Below, piece by piece: positions 44,029-51,805 of a stretch of DNA of 54,979 nucleotides. The position numbers were made by a program, and so were the translations under genes. The stretch comes from an uncultured Bacillota bacterium (lineage in GTDB: Bacteria > Bacillota > Clostridia > Christensenellales > Borkfalkiaceae), in NCBI GenBank assembly GCA_949290895.1, contig CASETU010000016.1, forward strand, positions 1 to 54,979. The letters are read 5' to 3'. The stretch's first letter is position 1, and every line of letters starts with the position of its first letter. The notes under the pieces are model-generated. The model saw only the letters and a list, made by a program, of their open reading frames with translations, was not told where the DNA came from and ran no database searches.

Positions 44029-45150
44029 ATGATTTATTTTGACAACGCCGCCACGGGCGGTTTCAAGGCAGCCGCGGTGCTGGACGCCGCAATCAACACT
44101 TTAAAATACTTAAACGCCAACCCCGGCAGAAGCGGACACCGCCTCGCCCTCGCGGGCGCTAAAACCGTAATCGGCGCGCGCATGGCACTGCAAACGCTCT
44201 TCAACGCCGAGGACGCCGACCGCGTCATCTTTACGAAAAACACGACGGAGGCGCTGAATCTCGCCCTCATCGGCACGGCGAAGGCGGGCGGACACGTCGT
44301 CACCACCGTTTACGAACACAACTCCGTTTTGCGCACGCTCACGCACTTAAAAGAACGTTTCGGCGTGGAATACACCGTTACCGACGGCACGGCGGAGCAG
44401 ATACGCGCCGCCGTTAAGGACAATACCTACCTTATCGCCGTCAACCACGTTTCCAACGTGACGGGGCGGGAGGCGGACATCGACGCCATCGGAAAAATCG
44501 CCAAAGAAAAGAACGTCTTGTTTTTGACGGACGCCGCGCAGAGTGCGGGACACACCGACATAGACGTTCAAAAAAGCGGTATCGATTTGCTTTGCGCCGC
44601 GGGACACAAAGGCCTTGGCGGCATTATGGGCAGCGGCGTACTCGTCTTTAACCGAAAAACCGACGTACGTCCCGTCCTTTTCGGCGGAACGGGCACGGAA
44701 TCTTTCAACACCGAACAGCCGCGCTTTTATCCCGAAAGGCTGGAAAGCGGCACGCTGAATCTGCCTGCCATTGCGGCGCTGGGCGAGGCGGCGATCTACA
44801 TAAAGCCGAATATCCGCATTTTCGGGGAAACGCTTTCCACGCTGACGGAGGCAATGATTTCGGAACTGAAAAATATCCGCGGGGTGAAAGTCTATTCTTC
44901 CCCCAACCGTTACGGCATCGTGTCCTTCGCGCTTGACGCCGCGCCGAGCGCGGCGGTTGCGGACGTACTTTCTTCGGAATATGACATCGCCGTGCGCGGC
45001 GGTCTGCACTGCGCGCCCCTCGCGCACAAGCACTTGGGTTCGGCGGAAAACGGACTCGTCCGCGCGAGCCTTGCACCGCAAAACACCTTAAAGGAAGTCG
45101 CCGTATTCGTAAAAGCCGTTTCACGCATCGCCGCGACGGGCGCTTATTGA
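44029..45150 (+). CDS. class V aminotransferase / cysteine desulfurase family protein
   Basis: 373 aa, MIYFDNAATGG...FTKNTTEALNLAL...CAAGHKGLGG... (PLP Lys in HK). Confidence 0.88.
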   Translation: MIYFDNAATGGFKAAAVLDAAINTLKYLNANPGRSGHRLALAGAKTVIGARMALQTLFNAEDADRVIFTKNTTEALNLALIGTAKAGGHVVTTVYEHNSVLRTLTHLKERFGVEYTVTDGTAEQIRAAVKDNTYLIAVNHVSNVTGREADIDAIGKIAKEKNVLFLTDAAQSAGHTDIDVQKSGIDLLCAAGHKGLGGIMGSGVLVFNRKTDVRPVLFGGTGTESFNTEQPRFYPERLESGTLNLPAIAALGEAAIYIKPNIRIFGETLSTLTEAMISELKNIRGVKVYSSPNRYGIVSFALDAAPSAAVADVLSSEYDIAVRGGLHCAPLAHKHLGSAENGLVRASLAPQNTLKEVAVFVKAVSRIAATGAY

Positions 45151-45159
45151 CAAAAAAAG

Positions 45160-45435
45160 TTAAATCTTTTTGAGTTCCGCGACGATTTTTTTGAGATATG
45201 CGCGCTTTTTATCGTCGAGCATGGGCGAAAGCATGGCGGCAAATCGGTCGATGTCGGCGTTGCTGAGCGTACCGTTGCGCTTGCCTTTTTCCGCCTCCTT
45301 GACGATGGCGCGCATGAGTTCGGCCTCCGACGCGCCGTTATATTTTCCCGCGAGGGAATTGATCATATCCGAAAGGTTGTCGTTTCCTTTGCCGGCGGGA
45401 CCGCTCCCGTTTGCATAGCTGTTGAAATCCTGCAT
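45160..45435 (-). CDS. hypothetical protein
   Basis: 91 aa, hydrophilic and helical-looking. AGGAGGA RBS 6 nt upstream. Confidence 0.6.
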   Translation of the reverse strand: MQDFNSYANGSGPAGKGNDNLSDMINSLAGKYNGASEAELMRAIVKEAEKGKRNGTLSNADIDRFAAMLSPMLDDKKRAYLKKIVAELKKI

Positions 45436-45536
45436 TTTTTCCTCCTTTTCGAGCCGCGGTGAAAACCGCGCTCAACTTATATGTATGCTCGACATATAAT
45501 ATATTGCTACTTTCCATCGGATCGGAGGCGTTTTTT

Positions 45537-45818
45537 ATGGACGTTTTACAATACATACTGCAACTTTTTTCGGGAAACGAGAATTTAAAGAAATTCGCGC
45601 CCGTGCTGGAACTTGCCTTAAACAACGGATTCGACTTCAAAAAGATGCTGCAAAATCTCGACGTGAACGCGATCTTGCCGTTGCTTTCCGCATTTTTCAC
45701 CCCGCCTGCGCAGACGGCAAGCGCCGAAGTTTCCGCAGAGCAGCCCCTTGCCGCGATTTCTTCCGTAGCGGATAAGGACATCATTTACTGCCTTAACCGC
45801 TACATCGTAACGGAATAA
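45537..45818 (+). CDS. hypothetical protein
   Basis: Track ORF trimmed to ATG 45537 (MDVLQYILQLFSGNENLKKF...), which follows GGAGG. 93 aa. A hairpin plus T-run follows the stop. Confidence 0.55.
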   Translation: MDVLQYILQLFSGNENLKKFAPVLELALNNGFDFKKMLQNLDVNAILPLLSAFFTPPAQTASAEVSAEQPLAAISSVADKDIIYCLNRYIVTE

Positions 45819-45877
45819 AGAGGCAGCCGAACGCGTTGATTTTTTCGGCGTTTTAAGAAAGCGCGACGAAAAACTTA

Positions 45878-45906
45878 TAGACAAAACGGACGTTTCGTGC
45901 TACAAT
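45878..45906 (+). promoter_or_regulatory. sigma-A promoter (extended -10) placed for a leaderless AraC-family mRNA
   Basis: TAGACA (45878-45883), 17-nt spacer ending in TGc, TACAAT (45901-45906), then aaaaac-ATG. No SD. Confidence 0.6.
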
Positions 45907-45912
45907 AAAAAC

Positions 45913-46650
45913 ATGAACGACATAACTTTTGCGGGGAAACAGCTGAAAACTTTCAACGTTTTGGAGCACGCGCACGAGGATTGGGAACTCATTTACTGCA
46001 CGGGCGGCGAGGGGGAAATGCTATGGCAGGGCGAAAAACTGCCTTACGCGGCAGGCGACGCCGTCATCGTGCCGCCGGGACTGCTGCATTGCAACTACAG
46101 CGCGGGAGGTTTTACCAACTACCATATCCGCATCGAAAAAGACTGCACGCTGACGGCCGAAAAGATTTTTAAAATTTCCGACGACGCGGAAGGACACCTG
46201 AAAACCTGTTTCGAGGCGGCGTTTTTCCACTTCAACGGCGAAAAGGACAAGCGCTCGCTGCTTTTATCTGCCTACGGGAACCTTATCGTCAGCTACGTTA
46301 CGGCGTTTTCCGAACGCAGCGCACTGTCCCCCGTCACGGAAAAAATACGGAGCGATATTTTAAAAAACTTTCCCTCGCCCGACTATAAGATCGAGGACTT
46401 TCTGCACGCGCTGCCGTTCAACTACGACTATCTGCGCAAGCTTTTCAAAAAAGAAACGGGCGTGACCCCGCACGAATACCTCGCCGCCATGCGCATGCAG
46501 ACGGCGGAAAAATTGCTTTCGGGCGACAAAATTTACAACGTTACGGAAATTTCCGAAATGTGCGGCTTTAACGAACCGCTGTATTTTTCCAGAATGTTCA
46601 AAAAAACCTACGGCGTATCGCCGCTAAATTACGCCAAAAACCGCCGCTGA
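45913..46650 (+). CDS. AraC family transcriptional regulator (cupin N-terminus, HTH C-terminus)
   Basis: 245 aa, ...HAHEDWELIYCTGGEG... and a C-terminal AraC HTH ...ISEMCGFNEPLYFSRMFKKTYGVSP... Confidence 0.9.
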   Translation: MNDITFAGKQLKTFNVLEHAHEDWELIYCTGGEGEMLWQGEKLPYAAGDAVIVPPGLLHCNYSAGGFTNYHIRIEKDCTLTAEKIFKISDDAEGHLKTCFEAAFFHFNGEKDKRSLLLSAYGNLIVSYVTAFSERSALSPVTEKIRSDILKNFPSPDYKIEDFLHALPFNYDYLRKLFKKETGVTPHEYLAAMRMQTAEKLLSGDKIYNVTEISEMCGFNEPLYFSRMFKKTYGVSPLNYAKNRR

Positions 46651-46697
46651 CGACAAAAAAACAAGGCGAAAATTAAAAATTTAGCTGAAAAACATCT

Positions 46698-46747
46698 GCG
46701 CCCGACCTGTTTTTGAAAAACGGGTCGGGCGCAATGCGTTTTTTTGA
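46698..46747 (+). terminator. rho-independent terminator after the AraC-family gene
   Basis: Long stem GCGCCCGACCTGTTTTT/AAAAACGGGTCGGGCGC, followed by aatgcgTTTTTTT. Confidence 0.6.
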
Positions 46748-47062
46748 AAACGCGTTAAACGTCGCTTTAAAAAACCTTTCCCCGCGCAATCTGCGCGGGG
46801 AAAATTTGTGTGAATTTTATTGTCCGTTACGGAAATTCCCGAACGGACTTTTATTTTACCGCCCTTTTGCCGAGGGCGGGCGTTTATCTATGCAACCTTT
46901 AGGGAAAACCCGTAAAGGCTACGATAACCAAGCGAACTTTCCGACAAAGCTCGGCGTCGATTCGGGAATTTCCCGAAAAACACCGCACAACAAAACTTCA
47001 CCGCGCGCCGCTCGGCTTTCGCAAAGCCGAGGGTATTCGCAAACGGTTTGACTAAAGACGCG

Positions 47063-48085
47063 TCAGCGCTGTACTCTGCCCGAACCGTCGCCCTGCATGA
47101 GCGTTTGAACTTCCGCCGCGCTAACGAGGTTCACATCGCCAGGTATAGTATGTTTGAGCGCGGACGCCGCCACGGCGAATTCCAGCGCCTTTTTGTAATC
47201 GTTATACGTCAAAAGACCGTGGATAAATCCCGCCGAGAAGGAATCGCCGCCCCCCACGCGGTCCACGATACGCACGTCGTAGCGGCGGGAACGGTAAAAC
47301 TCCTTGCCGTCGTAAGCGAGGGCGCTCCAGCCGTTGTCGCTGGCGGAAAAGGATTCGCGCAGGCTCGTGGCTATATAATTAAATCCGAAAGTTTCCTTCA
47401 TACGGCGAAAAATATCCTCGTACCCCGCCATTTCCAGCGATGCGCCGGCAACGTCGGTCTTGCCGGGCTTGAACCCGAGGCATTTTTCGGCGTCCTCTTC
47501 GTTTCCGATACATACGTCCACGTATTTCATCAGCTTTGTCATGCACGCTTGCGCCTCCTCGGGCGTCCAAAGCTTTTTGCGGTAATTGAGATCCACCGAT
47601 ACCGTAACGCCGTGTTTCTTTGCCGAAACGAGAGCCGCTTCGATGAGCGTCTGCGCCTTTTTGCCGAGGGCGGGCGTGATGCCCGTGAAGTGGAACCAGT
47701 CGGCGTTTTCAAAAATCTTGTCGAAGTCGAAGTCGGAAACGTCCGCCTCCGCTATCGCGGAATGCGCGCGATCGTAAATCACCTTCGAGGCGCGCATCGA
47801 CGCGCCCGTTTCCAGAAAATAAATCCCTATCCTGTCGCCGCCGCGCGCGATGAAGTCGGTATTCACGCCGAACTTTCTGAGGCTGTTGACGGCGCACTGC
47901 CCAATCTCGTGCGCGGGCAGTTTGCTGACAAAATACGCCTCGTGCCCGTAATTGGAAAGCGACAGCGCCACGTTGGCTTCCCCGCCGCCGTAGCATACGT
48001 CGAAAGAATCGCTTTGCACGAACCTGTTATATCCCGGTGTGGAAAGGCGGAGCATGATCTCCCCCATGGTAACGATTTTCGCCAT
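47063..48085 (-). CDS. kdgK: 2-dehydro-3-deoxygluconokinase (PfkB family)
   Basis: 340 aa, MAKIVTMGEIMLRLSTPGYNRFVQSDSFDVCYGGGEANVA...GGGDSFSAGF... Confidence 0.9.
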   Translation of the reverse strand: MAKIVTMGEIMLRLSTPGYNRFVQSDSFDVCYGGGEANVALSLSNYGHEAYFVSKLPAHEIGQCAVNSLRKFGVNTDFIARGGDRIGIYFLETGASMRASKVIYDRAHSAIAEADVSDFDFDKIFENADWFHFTGITPALGKKAQTLIEAALVSAKKHGVTVSVDLNYRKKLWTPEEAQACMTKLMKYVDVCIGNEEDAEKCLGFKPGKTDVAGASLEMAGYEDIFRRMKETFGFNYIATSLRESFSASDNGWSALAYDGKEFYRSRRYDVRIVDRVGGGDSFSAGFIHGLLTYNDYKKALEFAVAASALKHTIPGDVNLVSAAEVQTLMQGDGSGRVQR

Positions 48086-48098
48086 GATAAATCTCCTT

Positions 48099-49067
48099 TT
48101 ATTTCTTTACGATATGCACTGCGAACCCGCAGACTTCTTCTTTCAGATAAACCGATAAAATTTCCCCGTTCGGCGCGGTGCGCAGGGTGGAAAGATCGAA
48201 CGCCGCGCCGCGCTTTTCCAGCTGGAACATCGCTCTTTTTACGTTGGGCGTGCCGACGGCGATATGCCCGTTTCTGCCGAGATAAGGCGTTTTCATAAGT
48301 TCCACGCCGCTCCCCGCGAATATGCTCGCGCTCCGCTCGTCCTTTTTAAAGGAAAACGCTTTTTCAAAGAACGCCGCGCCGCTTTTTGCGCTCTTTTCGT
48401 TTTCGCAGTTCACGCCGACGTGCACGACGGAAAAGTCCAGCATTTTATCGACGGCGTCGCGGCAAAGCGAAGTGATTTCGCCCCACGCCTTCGCCTTGAT
48501 GAGCTTATCGGGAACGATCCAACTCCCCCCGCAGCAAACCACTTTGCCGAATGCGAGATAATCGCGCATATTCTTTTCGTTGATGCCGCCCGTGGGCATG
48601 AATCTTACCGAAGAATACGGCGCGGAAACCGCCTTGATATACGCCAGCCCGCCCGCCTGTTCCGCGGGAAAGAACTTGACGAAATCGATGCCGATGGAAA
48701 GCGCGCTTTCGATCTCCGAACCGGAGGAAACACCAGGCGTAAAGGGCACGCCCTTTTCGAGGCAGTGCTTTGCGACCGCGGGATTAAGTCCCGGCGCTAC
48801 GCAGAACTGCGCGCCCGCGGCGATCGCCGCGTCCGCCTGCTCGACGGTGAGCACCGTGCCAGCTCCGACGAGCATATCGGGAAACGCCTTTACCATACGC
48901 GCAATGACCCTGTCCGCGCCTGCCGCGCGGAAAGTAACTTCCGCCGCGTAAATGCCGCCCGCCCGCAAAGCCTCCGCCAGCGGCAGAGCGTCCTCTTCGT
49001 CTTCCAGCTTGATGACGGGTATGATGCCTGTGCACGAAAGCCGCTCGATATACTTTTCAAAATCCAT
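48099..49067 (-). CDS. eda: KDPG/KHG aldolase (Eda) fused to a C-terminal ~110-aa VOC/glyoxalase-like domain
   Basis: Track ORF trimmed to ATG 49067 (MDFEKYIERLSCTGIIPVIKLED...). Aldolase core ...GAGTVLT...FVKFFPAE..., then ...FSVVHVGVNCEN...GHIAVGTPNVKRAMFQLEKRG... The start codon is uncertain because there is no clear SD. Confidence 0.82.
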   Translation of the reverse strand: MDFEKYIERLSCTGIIPVIKLEDEEDALPLAEALRAGGIYAAEVTFRAAGADRVIARMVKAFPDMLVGAGTVLTVEQADAAIAAGAQFCVAPGLNPAVAKHCLEKGVPFTPGVSSGSEIESALSIGIDFVKFFPAEQAGGLAYIKAVSAPYSSVRFMPTGGINEKNMRDYLAFGKVVCCGGSWIVPDKLIKAKAWGEITSLCRDAVDKMLDFSVVHVGVNCENEKSAKSGAAFFEKAFSFKKDERSASIFAGSGVELMKTPYLGRNGHIAVGTPNVKRAMFQLEKRGAAFDLSTLRTAPNGEILSVYLKEEVCGFAVHIVKK

Positions 49068-49096
49068 AAAAAAATCCCCGAATGTTTTATTCGGGG
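49068..49096 (-). promoter_or_regulatory. terminator-like hairpin whose U-tract abuts the eda start codon
   Basis: Minus strand CCCCGAAT-aaaac-ATTCGGGG-A-TTTTTTT-ATG. Confidence 0.55.
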
Positions 49097-49164
49097 AAAT
49101 TATAACGCAAAAGCAGGGCAACGGGCATGGGCAAAATGCACCGTTTTATGCACGAAACGGATTT

Positions 49165-50148
49165 TTAAAGCACGCCCAGCGCGCGGAACACCGAGATCGC
49201 GGCAAAGAGCGTGAAAGCGGAAAAGACCGTCGTCCACACGACGAGCTGTCCCGCAAGTTCCCCGTCTCCCTCCATTTCCTTCGCCATGACGGCACTGGAG
49301 ACGGCAACGGGCGTGCCGAAAAGCGCGATGTACGAGGCGAAATGTTCACCCGAAAGCGTGGGGATAAAGAAGTACGCCACGGTGAGAAAGAGCGCGGGCG
49401 CGAACACGATGCGCATGACGGTGCCGAAGGTGATTTCCTTCCACAGTCTGCCGACGGCGGAAAACTCAAATTCGCCGCCCAAAACGATGAGCCCAAAGGG
49501 CGTTGCCATCTTCGCCACGTATTCCAGCGTCTGCGCCAAAAACCCGATATCCGAAAGGCGGAAAGAAATGTCCGCGGCAACGAAAATCTCCCTTACGCCC
49601 AGCACGCACACCGCCGCGACGATGCCGATGATGAGGGGATTTTTCACGATGCCGAGCAATACTTCTTTAGCCGACGGCTTTTGTTCGCCGCCGCGGAATA
49701 CGGAAAGCGCAATGACGCCGAACACGTTGAATTCCGTAATGGTGAACGCCGAAAGCAAACTTGCCGCCGCCGCACCCGCCGAACCGAAGAGCGACATGGC
49801 GAGGGGCACGCCGATGATGGCGAAATTCGAACGGAACACCGCCTGCGCCAGCACGCCCTTTTTCGCGGGGTCTTTTACAAAGAGCGCGGAACAGGCGAGC
49901 CCGATGACAAAGAGCATGAACACCGCCTCCGCCCCGTAGGCGATGAATATCCAGTTGACCTCGGCGAGCGATTCCAGCGAATAGATGTTATAAAAGAGGA
50001 ACGCCGGCAAAAACACGCGGAAACACACCTTGTTCCCCACCGAAAGGAACTCGCGGGAAAAAAGCCTTATCCTTTTTAAGAAATATCCCAAGAGAATAAG
50101 GAGCACGATGGGCAATATCGCGTTGAGGGCAAAAAGCAGGGTATCCAT
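49165..50148 (-). CDS. AEC (auxin efflux carrier) family transporter
   Basis: Track ORF trimmed to ATG 50148 (MDTLLFALNAILPIVLLILLGYFLK...). 327 aa polytopic membrane protein. The longer ORF would translate through the serS terminator hairpin. Confidence 0.85.
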   Translation of the reverse strand: MDTLLFALNAILPIVLLILLGYFLKRIRLFSREFLSVGNKVCFRVFLPAFLFYNIYSLESLAEVNWIFIAYGAEAVFMLFVIGLACSALFVKDPAKKGVLAQAVFRSNFAIIGVPLAMSLFGSAGAAAASLLSAFTITEFNVFGVIALSVFRGGEQKPSAKEVLLGIVKNPLIIGIVAAVCVLGVREIFVAADISFRLSDIGFLAQTLEYVAKMATPFGLIVLGGEFEFSAVGRLWKEITFGTVMRIVFAPALFLTVAYFFIPTLSGEHFASYIALFGTPVAVSSAVMAKEMEGDGELAGQLVVWTTVFSAFTLFAAISVFRALGVL

Positions 50149-50150
50149 AT

Positions 50151-50206
50151 AAATAAAAACGCCGCCTTGCGCGCCGCCCGAAAACGGGCGGCGCGACAAG
50201 CGGCGC
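50151..50206 (-). terminator. rho-independent terminator after serS
   Basis: Core stem CGCGCCGCCCG/CGGGCGGCGCG (50170-50195) with an outer 4-bp helix, followed on the minus strand by GTTTTTATTTAT and directly by the AEC ATG. Confidence 0.75.
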
Positions 50207-50215
50207 ACTCCTTTT

Positions 50216-51499
50216 TTATTTTACGATCTTATCGACGCCGAGCCACGGGCGCAGCACTTCGGGCACGGTGATCGAACCGTCCTCGTTCTGCATTTGTTCG
50301 ACGAGCGCGGGGAACACGCGGCTGGTGGCGAGCCCCGAGCCGTTCAGGGTATGAACGTACTCCGTCTTGCCCGTCTTCACGTCGCGGTAGCGCGTGTTGT
50401 TGCGGCGCGCCTGATAGTCGTTGGCGTTGGAAACCGAGCTGACTTCCTTGTAAATGCCCATGCTGGGAATCCACACTTCAATATCGTAGGTGCGCGCCAT
50501 CGACGCGGAGCAATCCCCCGCGGCAAGCTTGCTGATGCGGAAATGCAGTCCGAGCTTTTCCATGAGCGACGCCGCTTTGCCGACTAGCTCCTCAAACGCC
50601 GCGCGGCTGTTTTCGGGCGTGGTGTACTGCACCATTTCCACCTTGTTGAACTGGTGACCGCGGATCATGCCGCGCTCTTCCGAGCGGTACGAACCCGCTT
50701 CTTTACGGTAGCACGGCGTATAAGCGAAGTATTTCATCGGGAGCTTCGATTCGTCGATGATCTCCCCCGCGTACATATTGACGAGCGCGGTCTCCGCCGT
50801 GGGCAGTATGAAGTGCCCTTTTTCTCTGCCGCCTTCCTCGTCGCCGATCCAGTAGACTTCTTCCAAAAATTTGGGGAACTGCCCCGAACCGAACCCGCAG
50901 TTATAGCCGAGCATGTGCGGCGGCAAAATAAATTCGTAGCCGTCTTTCAAGTGTTCGGAGATGAAAAAATTCAAAAGCGCCCATTCGAGCCGCGCGCCCA
51001 TGCCGCGGTACAGCCAGTAGCCGCCGCCCGCCAGCTTGACGCCGCGTTCGTAATCGATAAGCCCCAGCTCCGTGCAAAGGTCGACGTGGTTTTTCGCCTT
51101 GAAAGAAAATTCCGGCTTTTTGCCAAACACCTTCACCACTTGGTTATTTTCCTTTTCACCCGCGACGAGGTCGTCGTCCGGCAGGTTTGGCAGCACCGCC
51201 ACGAAGTCGAAAATTTTCTTTTCCAGCGCGGAAACTTCCTTGTCCGCCGCCTCGATGTCCTCTCCGAGCGCGCGCATCTTCGCAAAGATGGCGGAAACGT
51301 CCTTGCCCTCTTTTTTCAGTTTGGGGATTTCGGAAGAAACCTTGTTTCTTTCCGCTTTCATCTTCTCCACTTCCGTGATCTTCGCGCGGCGGGCAGCGTC
51401 CCACTCCTTCACCGCGGTGAAATCCACCGTGCAACCTTTTTTGGCAAGCGCCGCCGAAACGCCTTCCGCATCGATCAAAATACGCTTTATATCCAGCAT
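50216..51499 (-). CDS. serS: serine--tRNA ligase
   Basis: Track ORF trimmed to ATG 51499 (MLDIKRILIDAEGVSAALAKKG...). 427 aa, class II motifs. Confidence 0.95.
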   Translation of the reverse strand: MLDIKRILIDAEGVSAALAKKGCTVDFTAVKEWDAARRAKITEVEKMKAERNKVSSEIPKLKKEGKDVSAIFAKMRALGEDIEAADKEVSALEKKIFDFVAVLPNLPDDDLVAGEKENNQVVKVFGKKPEFSFKAKNHVDLCTELGLIDYERGVKLAGGGYWLYRGMGARLEWALLNFFISEHLKDGYEFILPPHMLGYNCGFGSGQFPKFLEEVYWIGDEEGGREKGHFILPTAETALVNMYAGEIIDESKLPMKYFAYTPCYRKEAGSYRSEERGMIRGHQFNKVEMVQYTTPENSRAAFEELVGKAASLMEKLGLHFRISKLAAGDCSASMARTYDIEVWIPSMGIYKEVSSVSNANDYQARRNNTRYRDVKTGKTEYVHTLNGSGLATSRVFPALVEQMQNEDGSITVPEVLRPWLGVDKIVK

Positions 51500-51531
51500 T
51501 TTTCCGTGTCCTTTTTTATTTATTGTTATAA

Positions 51532-51560
51532 AGTATACACCGTTTCCGCGCGAAATGCAA
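51532..51560 (-). promoter_or_regulatory. sigma-A promoter of serS
   Basis: Minus strand TTGCAT (51555-51560), 17-nt spacer, TATACT (51532-51537). The leader is only ~30 nt, so there is no room for a T-box. Confidence 0.65.
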
Positions 51561-51737
51561 GTTTTTTGCACCCGCTTAAAACGCATTGCGGGCGTTTTTT
51601 GCAAAACGCCTGCGGCAAATTCTCGCATTTTTCCGTTCTGTACCGCGCGGCGGCACAGTTTTTTTCGTTCTTTCGCAAAATTATCGTAAAATATTTGTAA
51701 AATTTTAACAAAGTGTAAAATAACAACGTGAAAACAT

Positions 51738-51766
51738 TTGCGTTTTTAACATGAAAGTGTTAAAAT
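51738..51766 (+). promoter_or_regulatory. sigma-A promoter of the DeoR-family gene
   Basis: TTGCGT (51738-51743), 17-nt spacer, TAAAAT (51761-51766). Overlaps one copy of an AAAGTGT(T)AAAATA direct repeat. Confidence 0.6.
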
Positions 51767-51805
51767 ATGACCGAATAACGAAAAAAGAAGACAAAGAGGA
51801 ACATC

